From: Lingula anatina
Lineage: Eukaryota; Animalia; Brachiopoda
Reading direction: 5' to 3'
DNA: 64,000 nucleotides
NCBI GenBank assembly: GCA_051362555.1
Contig: CM120643.1
Coordinates: 7,750,001-7,814,000, forward strand
Shown: in pieces, positions 26,850-40,500 of the stretch
How positions within the stretch are numbered: position 1 is the stretch's first letter
How the letters are laid out: every line of letters starts with the position of its first letter
Program-made: the position numbers and the translations under genes
Notes under the pieces: generated by a model
Seen by the model: only the letters and a program-made list of their open reading frames with translations
Database searches by the model: none
What the model was told of the DNA's origin: nothing

Positions 26850-27240
26850 ACAAGTAGGTCGAGTCCATTACATTTGAGGAGTTACAGGTGGGACAAGTCC
26901 ATTCTATTTGAGGGGTGACAGGGAGGGCGAGTCTATTCCATCTGAGGGGACGGGTGGGGCAAGTCCATTCCATCTGAGGGGTGACAGGTGGGCCGAGTCC
27001 ATTCTTTTTGAGGGGGGGGGTAGGTGGGGTGAGTCCATTTCATCTGAGGGGTGACAGGTAGGGCGAGTCCATTCTTTTTGAGGGGTTGTAGGTGGGGTGA
27101 GTCCATTTCATCTGAGGGGTGACAGGTGGGGCAAGTCCATTCCATCTGAAGGGGTGACAGGAGGGGCGAGTTCATTTCATTTGAGGGGTGACAGGTGGGG
27201 CGATTCCATTATTTTTGAGGGGTGACAGGTGGGGCGAGTT
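26850..27240. repeat. G-rich ~35 bp minisatellite, about 11 copies
   Basis: Unit approximately GAGGGGTGACAGGTGGGGCGAGTCCATTCCATCT. Confidence 0.9.
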
Positions 27241-27560
27241 CGTCCGATTTGCGGAGCGCATGCACGTAAAATCACCACAAAATTACATTAGAATGTCCGT
27301 GCAATTAGCTTTATAAAAGATTTTTTTTTAAAAATTGTGTTAGCAAAGTTTTGAGGGGATGTAAACTTTTATCATGCATGTATAATTAAATTATTGGTCT
27401 CAAAATTTGCTTTTCCACAATTTCATATAAATGTAACCTTTTTGTCTGCACACTCGGGACAGTGTGGAAATAAATCTACGTCACAAAATTTAATTAAAGG
27501 ATCAATATATTTCAAACATATATTTCAATAAGACCTTTTTCAAATAGATCGGAATATGCA

Positions 27561-27564
<4 letters not shown>

Positions 27565-27610
<46 letters not shown>
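27565..27610. repeat. Poly(T) tract
   Basis: About 46 consecutive T. Confidence 0.9.
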
Positions 27611-27611
<1 letters not shown>

Positions 27612-29307
27612 AGAAGCGATTTGTAACTGTTGCCATTTTTAATGTGCTTCATTCAACTTTCGCATTTTTTTCTATTTAAATTTTAAATTTAAGTATTCAT
27701 ATGATAAGAAGATCGTGAAATTTGAATCAATTTTCTGCAACAATAACCAGAATCCTTCAAAAATGGACCCATATTTAATTGAGAGAATGATATCCGGGAG
27801 GACGAACTCATTTATTCCAAGAGATATAAAAAAAAAACTGTCTAACTACAGAATAAAATACAGAATAGCTTTTCAAAAAGCAAAATCGTAAATTCACACA
27901 TATTGTATTTATAAATGCGGGCTGTTGGAAAATCTTGAACGTGTATTCTTAAAATGCTTAAACTCAATAATTTACAAAATACTAGGAATATTTACAAACT
28001 TAAAAAAAGCTTTTGGTTTTAGATATCTTCTGTTACTGCAGAAATCAACAATTCCAAACACAATATTTACAGATCAATTTTAGCGGATTTAATTCGAAAG
28101 TGCTCAAACAGTTATCATACCTTTATTATTACCCCTATTTTTATCGACATTATTTCATATCAAAGTAAAAGAATCAAGCAATGACAAACTTATCTATCCA
28201 GCTTTTATTAAAATGCATGAATTTGCGTTTGGTTCCAGAAAGTGAATGAAAAACTTGGTTGCTAGCAGGCGGGTGTTGTGCAGTACTCAGTATCTCAGCT
28301 GACTTCTGAAATGAGAAAGTAATGTAAACAATATTTGACTAAACGGGCAGACTCGGAAAATACAACAATCATTTTACATCAAAATGAAGAGGGCGCTTGA
28401 GGGAATTTACTGACTTGTCCGATGTTCAGGCTCAGATAGCACCCCTCAAAAAACCAATCTACATCGTGGTGACCTTACGCCAAAATTAAGATCTGAGGAT
28501 ATTGATAAAGATATTTTAGATATCTTGCTTTGAAAAAATAAACACTGAAAATAATTCTTTAATTCGTGGAGGTTATTACTGAGGACGTTAATTTATTTTA
28601 CCTACTATTCAATGTTGTAATATCTAAAATCGCTATGCAACACGCGTTTGTGCGCCATATTTTGACCATAAAATTGATGTACACATTGATAGGGCACACT
28701 TGTCTTTGGACCAAAAGCTCAGAACTGTGACAAGTACAGTATTATCATCTAAATTAGTCCGTGATATTTGTGGTAATATTCCCATTTACTTTTAAGCTAG
28801 CTTATATTCTGAGTGACATAAAAGAAACGACAGGAAAAACATAACAAAGAATCGCAACATAAATACTTGGCGTAACTTTCCTTGCATTTTTGTACGCTTT
28901 TTACTGACTAATGTAACTGAACAAAATGTGATACTTACGAAACATGCATTGACCAGTGTCTTCTTCTCATAAAAGCTTGACCTTGCAACTGTACCACACT
29001 TGCTGTTGCGTCTTCACCCTAATGTGTCCTACTGCCTAGTGAGCATTTGGGAAGACAGCTCGCACTACGATGAGCAACTTATTGTTATGCAAATTACAGA
29101 CAGGTATGGCCCATTTTAGGTGAGGGACTGTGGCTGAAACTGTTCACGAATGTTCACTGCCAAAATCATGTATATGAAGATTTGACTGTGGTCCACTTGT
29201 TGTTAAAATACACCATTTTATTCCACAAATATAGCGCATGCGTCTTTCATCATGCGGTTTGATTCAACACTTCCACAAAACTCAACGCCAGGGAAAGAGA
29301 ATATTGA

Positions 29308-29576
29308 TAGTGGCGGATTTAGAGGGGGCCAGGGAGGTCGTGACCCCCTCTTCGGTTTCTGAAAAAATTACACTAATATTCCCCTCTTGTTTTGATTTTT
29401 TTCAATTGAGGCTTACTGTCTGGTAACTCTCAGATTTAGGTTGATGATTTTGAGTTTCTATGACCCCCTCTTCGGTTTCTGAAAAAAATTACACTAATAT
29501 TCCCCTCTTGTTTTGATTTTTTTCAATTGAGGCTTACTGTCTGGTAACTCTCAGATTTAGGTTGATGATTTTGAGT
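29308..29576 (+). mobile_element. Truncated family C MITE with an internal ~121 bp tandem duplication
   Basis: Starts TAGTGGCGGATTTAGAGG like 32116. The stretch TGACCCCCTCTTCGG...GATTTTGAGT is present twice (29341 and 29462). Confidence 0.7.
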
Positions 29577-31529
29577 AACAGCAAGCTGACTTCAAGTAGT
29601 AGACCTAGTAGTTAAAATAGAATAAAGAAAAAATATAAGGTCACAAATCGCAAAGAGATATTATAGGGAAAGATGATGACGAATTTTCCGTTTTGAAAAA
29701 GAAATTAAAAATAGGGCCTAATGCAATAGGCGATTAAGGACAACAGTACCAAAAATGCGATCAAATTCCATTTCCGGCTATATTTTGCTTGTTATATCTT
29801 TAAAAATTAATAACTACAGGGTTACAACTTAATACTTTGTTGCTTTTGCATGGGGGCACGTACGCGCGCTCGAGAGAGAGAGAGAGAGAGTATTTATTTA
29901 ACGTTAGAACGTGATATTAGACTACAATGTGATTTATTTGACTTTCATTTGAAAAAAGGATGTCCTTTTTGAATGTGGTAGGCATCATGTTTGTAGAATG
30001 TGGCGTCTCTTACAATGACCCGTTCGAAAGAAAGTTGAAATAACAAGATTTTGCAAATTAGATAGATAATATATAATAATTTATTAAACCAATAAAATAC
30101 AAATGTATAACATCTGGAATTTTTTGCCCTGTAATAGCACCATTATTGAATAAAACTTTTTAAATGTACTAAAATGAAATTACGTATTAGTGTGAAAAAG
30201 AATTACTGCTGAAGGATAAAAGCTAGATAAAAATCACTTACTACCCTCAAAAACTAAAAGCTTCGAGATACTGGGTAAAAATTTGAATAGAATTTGAGCT
30301 GGATCAGTCATGATGGAAGCTGTTTTATTCTTAACCCTATCGAGATAAAATGAATGAATGGAAGTATTGGCAAGTGCGACCGCCCATCACATAATCCCAG
30401 CAGTTGAGTTAAAACTGGCGGCGAATAAACATGTGTAAACTTAAAAAGAAAAAAGTCTTTTCCATTCATCAGTACCTCTGGAGATGTCGCGTTGTCTTTT
30501 GGCGTAGTCACTGTATCTATTACACCTATACTAACTTATCAGTGTAATGATTGACGTGTGTTTATATAACTGTCAATTTCATTCAGGGTAGATAAAGTGA
30601 GCTGATAACTTGGTTTTAATATCTTTTTTAAACAGCTCTCAGAAGTTCATCATTTTTCTCCAATGAACAAAGCTTAAGCTAAGTTATTTTCACCTCACCT
30701 GTGATAAAATAGATCGCACTACATGTAGTGTGTTTCACCAGCCATAGATAATATACATATTTTAAACTACGCAAATAAAGAGTTCCTTTGTTTTCTCCCA
30801 CTCAAATTTATACTTCTGAGGGCCATGACTCTCTTCGACAGCTTTAGTTATCATCTGAGTGTTAATTGAGATTGGCATTTGTTTATGGTAAAATTTGATT
30901 TGTTATGTAAATGGTATTTTTCTCTAAGTGGCCTTTGATCCTCTTTTTTTTCTGACACTCGCCGCACATTTGTAAAAAAACATCTGGAAAAACTTAAAAT
31001 AGACGTCTTCGTTACCCTGGCCAGTGGTGGAATCACGAACGCAGGTTTTGATAATTATACAATATATGGTGACTTGTGCCCCCCCCCCCCCCCCACCCCC
31101 CCCCACTCCATTCAAAGTTGGGGTTTGGAAATATATGATATTCAACATCAATTTCATACACCACTGTTAACGAACTTTAAATATTGAAGACATTTTTCGC
31201 CGTTTTCTTCTGTTAAATATTTGTGAGAGTGGGTCAAAATCGTTTTTCAAGTGGTCGCAGGCAGTGTAACAGGGACACTAGGTAGAGCTACACGAAGTGG
31301 GATTGTAGTAATTTTTCTGTGAGCCGTCGTCCTCTACAGCTGGGCATGACGTACCGTCTGGCCACACGGGGCGCTAGTAGTCTTATCTGGTACAAAAATA
31401 CTGAAAAGTGATTTTTTAAAAATACTATATGTAAGGGCCCCTGATATTAGAGGGTAGGCACGCCACTGCTCGTCATCTGTTAAAGGAGAAACTAAAATGA
31501 TTTTCACTATCAATAAGTACTAGTGTGAC

Positions 31530-31670
31530 AGGGACCATTCCCAGACCCTATCGTACTAACTGTGGATCGATCTATCTCCGAGTGGATTCTCGCTAAATTG
31601 CAGTTAACTTAAGTGGCTTAGATGTCTGTCACGCCTACTGAAGCTGCTAGGGGGTAATTATCGTTAAGCA
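31530..31670 (+). mobile_element. Degenerate family A MITE-related fragment
   Basis: Shares GGGACCATTCCCAGA, GATCGATCTAT and GCCTACTGAAGCTG..GGGGTAATTA-like segments with 33076-33290. Confidence 0.5.
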
Positions 31671-32115
31671 GCTTCTGTATCGTTCGCACCCACGTAGGCT
31701 ACTCAGTGGGAGATCAAATGCCTTGAACATGTTCTAAACAATTCCACGCGCTGCTTATATCTTCATTTTATTACGCAGGAATCAGGGTGTTGGGAGATCG
31801 ATTATAGAAATAACAACGGTTGAGAGAACAGAAAATATTTGATCAATCTTTAACTAGAGAGGGGAGTGAAATGATACTATTAGGCTCCATAGAGGCGTTC
31901 AAAAATTGTGCTACTGTCGGTATTTCACGAAGTCAGCACGGGGTATTGGGTATAGTTTTCACTTAACAATAACCACGCCTCGGTGCATGGGAGTTGTAGA
32001 TCCCACACTGAAAATGCCAATAAAAAATGAAAATTTACCCCCAAAAATTCATTACAAAAAAAAAAAAAGAAAAAAAGAAATAAAATAAAAATAATCCAAT
32101 GAGACTAGTATTCTG

Positions 32116-32390
32116 CAGTGGTGGATTTAGAGGTGGGGGGGGGGGGGGGGGGGGTCAGGAGGTCCTGACCCCCCTCCTTCGGTTTCTGAAAAATATATCA
32201 CAACCAATATTCCCCTCTTGAAATTAGAATTTTGACTAGCTGAATCATAGTTCTTAACCATACCAAGTGGTGCCATTCACCCTGTAAAATACCAATTTTT
32301 TCTGGCCCTTAACCCCACGCCACAGGGGGGTTGGGGGGGGGGACTGGGGGTAAATGGTCAGCTTCACATCCGCGGACACCCCCCCCTCCC
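32116..32390 (+). mobile_element. hAT-like MITE, family C
   Basis: CAGTGGTGGATTTAGAGG start; homologous to the 26037-26290 and 29308 copies. Confidence 0.65.
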
Positions 32391-33075
32391 CAGTGGCAGT
32401 AATAGGGTTTTTGTCAATTTTAATGTAATATTACATAATGCTTAATCACCACCAATTTTAATCATGCACAGCAGGTAACATAGATATTCAGGAAATGTGA
32501 CAAGCAAAAGGTCTTCAGGAAGATGGAAGTTGAAGATCACACCTTAAATTAGTGAAAAATGAAAATTTCACAAAAATTGTCCAACTTTATGAAGAATGTT
32601 TAATTTAGTAATATACATCATTCCTTTAGTTTGAAGAGAATAGTAGGTCAAATTGTTTTTCCTCAAAGGGTGTTATCTGCAGACATGAACCTAGGTTTCA
32701 AAAAAAAAAAAATTAATAATAATAAAAAAATAAAATAAAAAAAACCTCTGAACATTTATCATGGGACCCTACACCTAACCAGCCAGGGGTCCGGGGGCCG
32801 CCTTAGGAATTGAATTTAAAAACACAGAAATTCCGCGGTTCCATGGAAAAAGCTCATGTCCGTATCTGTATTGCATTTATACTGAAGTAAATACAGAAAC
32901 CAACAACTTTTGAAAATAATGGTACAACCAAGTGGATATTCTAACTCCACCTGTACTTAATGAACACTTATCAGTTCTATAACTTTGAAGACATAAGTTC
33001 AAATAGTTTTCTAATAATAATGTTTTAGTTAAACCATCACTTGAAATGCACTGCCACTTTTCGTTGAAGATCTTA

Positions 33076-33290
33076 GGGCGCATTCCCATAGATTTTAGAT
33101 TGATCTATTCCGGTGGGGAGTCTCACTTGATTACTGTCAGATAATCCGGCTTAAATGTCCGTCCCGCCAACTACAAGCTGTAAGGGGGTAATTAACTACC
33201 ATGTGCGGTTGGCTGACTGCAATTTAGCGTGAACCCCAAGGGAGTTGGGTCGATCTAGTGAGATCGATCTAAATCTCTGGGAATGCCCTC
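33076..33290 (+). mobile_element. Harbinger-type MITE, family A
   Basis: TIRs GGGCGCATTCCCATAGATTTTAGATTGATCT / AGATCGATCTAAATCTCTGGGAATGCCCTC, flanked by TTA/TTA. Confidence 0.85.
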
Positions 33291-33660
33291 TTACATTTCC
33301 TCTGTAGCTGCTGCTTAAATTGCAATACCTCATGTGAATTAGCTTTAGAATAGATGGTTATTTACTATGTAAGAAAGCAAGAAAGTTTTATGTGTATTTT
33401 GTTTCATTTAGTTTTTATGGACATTTTAAATACAATTTTTTAAAAATTATCCTAGTATTTGAAGTAAAGTTTTTAGCTTATAAAATCTTCAGAGTTTAGA
33501 CAATAACCAATTTCACGCGTTCAATTTGGATCATTTCATTTTGTTAGTACATCTTTAGGTTTACTATTTGTAAAATGATTTCCCCATCATATTTGATCTG
33601 ATGTTTCTTATGTTTCTTGAGTGTACTGTGAGTAAAAGAGACAAAATGTCACAACTACTT

Positions 33661-33876
33661 GGACCCCATTCCCAGAGATTAGATCGATCTACTCAAGATC
33701 GACTTAACTCCCTGGGGGTTCATGCTAAATAGCTGTCAGCCGAGCGGGCAAGAAAGTTAATTACCCCCTTACAGCTTGTAGTAGGCGGAACTGACATTTA
33801 AGCCAGATTATCTGACAGTAATCTAGTGAGACTCCCCGCGGGGATAGATCGATCTAAAAGCTCTGGGAATACGCCC
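33661..33876 (-). mobile_element. Harbinger-type MITE, family A (inverted copy)
   Basis: Reverse complement of the 33076 and 6128 copies; ends CTCTGGGAATACGCCC followed by TTA. Confidence 0.85.
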
Positions 33877-34509
33877 TTAGTTTACCTTTTCAATATACTT
33901 TTAGGTTGAAAATGGCTTTTTCACTGTTGTTTTACTGACATTGAGCAATTTTATATAATTCTGATGAATATACATTATAGGTCAGTCATCATTTACTGTG
34001 AAGGAATGAAATATTTCTAATAATATTTTTCACATATTTTATTTCCAGACAACATAAAAAGGTGTACAATGTTTTACACCTCTAACAATTCAATTAGTGA
34101 AATAACAAATCTAACATCAGAACATTCAACATAATTCACCATAAACATTTCCTTTCTGCAAGCATTTGCCTCATTTTCAATTTCCATATTACTGTGATTA
34201 CAGGACCAACCTAGAAGGGGGTGATTAAGACACCCCTGCACACCCCTTAAACAATCATAATGTGCCCCAATAGCTTTAACACTGTCTCCACACCAAATGT
34301 CAATCACTATGTCAGTGCTCAAAGACAATATAAAAAAACAGAACACATAAAGTCACATGTGAAGATTCTCAACCATGAATATGCACTATTATGATATGGC
34401 CTTGTTTATATTACTAGCAAGACCAAGAATAAAAAGGCCTAGTTTACAGCTTGTGAACTTGGTTTCAGATTATTGTTCAACATTCATTGGCCCCTTTCTT
34501 TTTTTTAAG

Positions 34510-37500
34510 TCAGTGGAGAGTTATTAAATCCTCTTCAATGCTGTCAGGAAGCACTCCAAAGGTCTCCTTATTATTGGGTAACCTGTAAAAAAGCAAATGA
34601 AAAACTTCAATATTTCACGATGAAACACTACAGCCATGCAGTATTCTACAGCAAAAAACCTTATGACCTTATTATAAAAATTATCTAACTCCACACAGAG
34701 CTGAAAAATGTTAATTTTGAAAATATTGTACCTAAAACCCTTTACACTGGACAGCGTCCTTTCTGCTTCCTTTGTGCAACCATGAAACTAGCATTGCTGT
34801 GGTCGTAGAAAGGAGGCGCAAGTATGACTATGATTGCAAAATGAATGCTCAATGATCAGCCAGTTGTCAGAACGTTTTTTTTTTTTAAATTTCAAATGGG
34901 GCCGTACTACAGGATGCAGAAAGGACATCGTCCATTGTAAAGGGGGCTTAAGACAAGAGACAGAAAAACTGGCAAATGTACAGGCACCAGTCTTAGTAAA
35001 TATAGCCACACAGCAAATATGAAGTAAAAACAAGGCAGCAAAGCTGTCAAATGTAGAGACACAATAATAAATAATGTTTATAACAGCACAGTCAATCAAC
35101 ACTAAAATTTAATGATGCACAATAGGTAACGTGGTCAATAAGATTACAGTTTCAGGATCATCAGAGTTCAAACATTTACCTTTAAACATTATACAAAATC
35201 AATTTATGCAATATCACCATTTTTCACATATTGTGAAAAATGAGAAAAATGATAGTGCATAAAATAATTTTGTATAATGTTTAAAGGTATTAACACCAAT
35301 ATTATAGCTTATGTGGAAATACAGAAAATGTACAAAGCTTCGGGTCGGAGGGAGTTAAAAGTCACATCTTGAAGATGCCAGTGTTTGAAAAAAAATCAAA
35401 ATAAAAAATAACAAAAAAATAAAGCTGCTATTCACACTTTTAATCTAGTTGTATTAACACGGTACGAATAACCCCAGTGAGTATGAGGATAATAAGGCAC
35501 TGTTATTCACCTATAGCATTTATGTTCGCATTACACAAAATATTTTTTTTCTTTTGTAAAATTATATGCAATATTAAGCAGCATTTATCTGCATAATTAT
35601 CACTGATTCCTAATCATGTGACACTGTTAATTTTAGACTTTTACAAACTGTACCTGGCAGAGAGCTAAACATATGGGAGTTTACAGGGAAATCTCAACAT
35701 ATATGTAATGTATGTTTACTATTGTAATCTCATTCAATGGCCAGAAAAATCGACCAATAAGACTTGTTTTCCAGCTAAAGCTGTATTTAAGTCCTGTTTC
35801 TTTCCTGTAATTCAGTCATGATGAAACTGTAGGTCTGATCGCTGATGACCAGCCAAAACTTGTCAAGATAGTAAAAAATTGAACTTCGGCAGTCCAAAGG
35901 ACCAGCAAGATTTTTTAGTGTCACCATTTTGAATTTACAGTCATCATTTGACATACTTCACTAATAAAATTATATATAACCCACAGAGTTTTTTTCCCCT
36001 CCATTTACTTATCAGGCAAGATATAAAAAATGATAACATTCACGGACAAAGTAAGCTAGCCAATCATAGTATCTGTCTCAAACGAATAGAGTGATTCCCT
36101 ATGGGGAAGCCCCCTGCTCCCGATATTACTTGCTCCGGCATTGTCTATTGCTCACGACACACAGACAGCTATCAAGAGAGTGGTCCATGCTGCCGAGCAT
36201 ATGTTAACACTGCAGGGCAAATGTTTCCTGATAAACTTTTTTTTTGAAAATAACGTTGTTAGCATAGAAATGAGGTCACCTGATTAACTCAGTAAATTTG
36301 ATTTCTCAGTTATTGGTACTTCTGTTTATATTCAGCCTGCGGCATATCACTGTTTTACGTAAAGATGGTTTAAAAGTTTGGTCGCTTCTTCGAACGCGAT
36401 TCGTGGTGAAAGAACATAAGGCCACACTTTTTTATTTTTATGGATGACATCCTCTGGGGACCCCGAAATCGGTGTGAGAGGGTGAAAAAAAAAACATTCC
36501 AAAAAAAAAAATAAATAAAATACTGCTAAAGTAAAGGAATGCTGTAAGTTTCTTGCTAAAAGGTAAAACAGTTTTCCACTTATCATGTTATTGGTGTTGG
36601 ATACATCCAAAAAAAAAAAAAAAAAGCGAAAAAACAGCCTTACTTTTGACAAAATGGCCCAATCATGCTAATTTTTTTAGCTTGACCCACGTTTTATGAA
36701 TATTCATCAGTTCTGTAAGTTTCAAGCGAAAAGGTAAAATGGCTTTCCACTAATCGTGTTAACGGTGAAAGTGCATGACGACAACGACAGACGCAGGTAA
36801 CTGCTATATGTAGAGACACATCTGTGTTTGTACATAAAAGACTGCTGAGATGAGAAAAATATCAATAGAACAATTTTAAATTTCCAATTTGCACCATTTT
36901 GAGATTCTGAACATAGTGAGAGATTGAAATTGCACTGATGTGACTTTATTTCCATTTTTGACACTTTATTACACACTACAAGATAGCAGATTAACCATCA
37001 GTAGTAGTCCAAACAGACTGATTTTCTAACTTCACCTGTATTTTATGAATATTCATCAGTTCTGACAAAAGGTAAAACAGTTTTATATATTTTATTTGTA
37101 TAAGGGTGGATAAAATATGCTGAAAAAAAAAGGAACAATGGTCTGATCAGGTTGATTTTCGCATTTCACTTGTGTTTTTATGAATATTCATCAGTTCTAT
37201 GAGCTAAATGATAAAAGGTAAAACAGTTTTCATATTAGTTTACTGTTATATAATAATGAAAGTGCACAATGATGACGACGACAGCATAAGCAAAGGCTAT
37301 AAGAATATTCATCAGTTCGAAGAGAATAGGTCAATGTGTCTGTACGTAAAAACTGACACCACTTCCAGTGTTGCGCTTGACAAGCTCTATTAAATGCAAT
37401 TAACAAGATGTCCCTAGCATTTACAGTTCCAAAATAAGTAGGTGTAAGAGAGTTTTCAGTTTTTGGCACCAAATGACTGCTTCTCCCATGGAAATGCACC

Positions 37501-40500
37501 GATTGACCTCAAACTTAAGACAAGGCAGCAAAGCTGTCAAATGTACAGACAAAAAGCAAGAAATAACAAAACAGGCTACTGTCAATTCTGATGCAAAAGT
37601 ACATTATGCTTAACTGCAAATTCAACATCAAATTTTAATTATGCTCAACAGGTAATACCAATGTAAGTGAAATGTGTAACAAGCGTAAGGCTTCAGGCCC
37701 ATGGGAGTTTAAGTTCACACTTTGAAAATGCCAGAATGAGAAAAATGAAAATTTCACATGAAACTGCTTAAATTCAATAATAAATGATAACCCATTTGAG
37801 CTGGCTTCCTTATTTGAACTGCATGCCAATCCTACAAATCATACTTGTAAGTTGAAAATAATAATAAGTAACACAGTTTTCTTTTCATAATGTTTGCAGT
37901 AGCAGTGCAAAAAGATTTTTGTCAATTTTGATGTAACATTACATAATAAATTACAGAATAATTATCACCAATTTTTGATTATTGACTATAAATAGCATGG
38001 ACATGTAGAAAATTTGATTACCATTTGGCTTCATGTCCATGGGAGCAGCACCCAAAATTGTGTTTTCTTCTATTTTAATGCAATATTACATAATGCTTAA
38101 CAGCATAATGACCATCAGTTTTTAATAATAAAAGATCCGAATCATGGATTTTCAGAAATGTGACTAGCATGGGTCTTCAAGCCGGTGGAGATTCTTAAGT
38201 CACACCTTGAAAATGCCAATATGTGAAAAATTAAATTTTCACAAAAAACTGATTAACTGCCAAAAAAATTTACCAAATAGACTGCATTGCCCACTGAAGC
38301 TTTATTTAAGTCCCATGTTTCTTCCTGTAAGTTTGAGAACAGTAAGTGACATGGTTTTCCTTAAATGGTCATCATGGGAGCAGTGTCCAAAATAGGGGTG
38401 TCTTCAAATTTTGATGCAATATTACATAATGTTTAACAGGATAATTACCATCAATTTTTAATAATAAAATATTAGTATCATGGATATTCAGAAAATGTTC
38501 CTAGCAAAGGTCTTCAGGTCCAAGGAACTTCAAAGTCACACCTTGAAAATGCTAAAATGTAGACAAGACAGCACTGTCCTGAAATGTTTTTTTTTCCATT
38601 TTTAACAATTTTTTAACATATAACAAAATTAACAATTTACTGCCATTTATATATGATCAACTAAGAAAATTGATGAGATGGGAAAAATATCAATAGAACA
38701 GTGTTTAATGTCCAATTTCCTCCATTCTGAGTTTCTGAACATGGTGAATGAATGAATCTGACAAACTGCAATGATATGAGTTTATTTCCATTTTTGAAAC
38801 TCTATTATACAATACATGATAACAAGTTTACCATCATTTTTACATAATCAACTAACAATGTTGTAAAGATGCAGGAAATGTCAAACAAACACTTTTACTA
38901 ATCTTATTAGTTAAATAATGAGACTGTTAACATGCCTAAGAATTGAATCTGAGGAAATGTGAAAAAACAGCATAACTTATAAAATAATGGCCCGATTATG
39001 CTGATTTTCGAACTTGACCTGCGTTTTAGTAAGATTGATTACTCCTGTGAGTTTCATGACAACAGGTCTATCGGTTTTCCTTGAAATGTGTTAACAGTGT
39101 TGCACATATGCTGAAAAGTGAAAAAACAGCATAACTACTAAAATAGTGGCCCGATCATGCCGATTTTCGAACTTGATCTGCATTTTAGTAAGATTGATAA
39201 CTCCTGTGAGTTTCATGACAACAGGCCTATCGGTTTTCCTTGAAATGTGTTAACAGTGTTGCATATATGCTAAAAAGTGAAAAAACAGGATAAATTCTAC
39301 AATAATGGCCCGATCATGCTGATTTTCGAACTTGACCTGCATTTTATGAATATTAGTCAGCTCTGTAAATATAAAGCCAAAAAGTGAAACTGTCTTCCAC
39401 TTATGGTGTTAACGCTGAAAGTGCACGGCAACGGCGACATGATCGGCGACGGCGACGGCGACGACAGACGCAGGTGATGGCAATATGTACAGACACATCT
39501 GTGTCTGTACATAAAAATGAAAGGAGACAGTAAGAGTAACTCTTCATTATAATATGACAGCTTAGGTCTGTGTAGTTTCTGAAAAAAGGCACAAACAATT
39601 TTTTTTTTTTTGCAGAAAATTCCCATTTTTACATAAATTTGGCAGGTTTGACATTGAAAGGATCATTTGCAACAATTGCTAATGGAAAGAAAGCTACTAG
39701 TAAATAAGAAATGTTTGAAAAGAAGACCAAGAACAACATACATGGACAACATAAAAGAATAAACTGGTCAAAAAAAAATATAGTTCAAGTATTTGAGAGA
39801 TGTGGCGATCCATGACAGCCAATCTGCTATGAGTGGATGGCACCCAGTGATGATGAAGTAAACTCAATTTATAGAACAATTTTGGTTAAATAGTTTTAAG
39901 GCCCAGATATCAAAACAAGGATGACTTTTATTGTCAGTTATCAATTTCTGTATTCTTATCTTAGTTATGCCAAAAAAATTTACTTTGTGCAAAACAGGCA
40001 GCAACCAGCACCCCCCCCCCCCCCCCCAAACAAGGAAAAAGTACAAATAGCAATAAGATTATATCACAAAGTGTTACGTCTACCTCTTTCACAATATTTT
40101 TAAAGAATTACTCTGTTCAGAAAAATTATAGTGTTACTTCCTTACCTTATGTGAGGGATTTTTTCCAATTCCTCCTTCAAAAACTTGTACAAACTTGCAG
40201 ATTTTTCTTTCACCATAAAAAAAGGCACCTCTAGAACCTCTCTGTATCCAGCTTGATATAGGAAGTGTTTCTTTGCCTTTGCTTCACCTGGTGAATAAAG
40301 AAAACCAAATCAATGTTAACATAAAACATATTTCAATGTCTTACTGAGAGGAAATGTGTGCCTAAATGTACTGAAATATTAATATTTACACAAAGAAAAC
40401 CTGTTCATGTCAAAACTTTATCACATAGACATATAACACATTCAAATTAAGATGGCCTCTGTTCAAAGCGTGAAATAATACTGTTACCTGGGAAATATAT

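Noticed and set aside
26773-27175. Repetitive Pro/Thr/Cys ORFs (MEWTCPT..)
   Set aside because: Translation of a minisatellite whose ~35 bp unit is not a multiple of 3.
28930-29250. Minus-strand exon-like segment with a GTAAGT donor and an NRF1-like motif, faintly THAP-like
   Set aside because: All frames have stops and no convincing motif or downstream exon was found.
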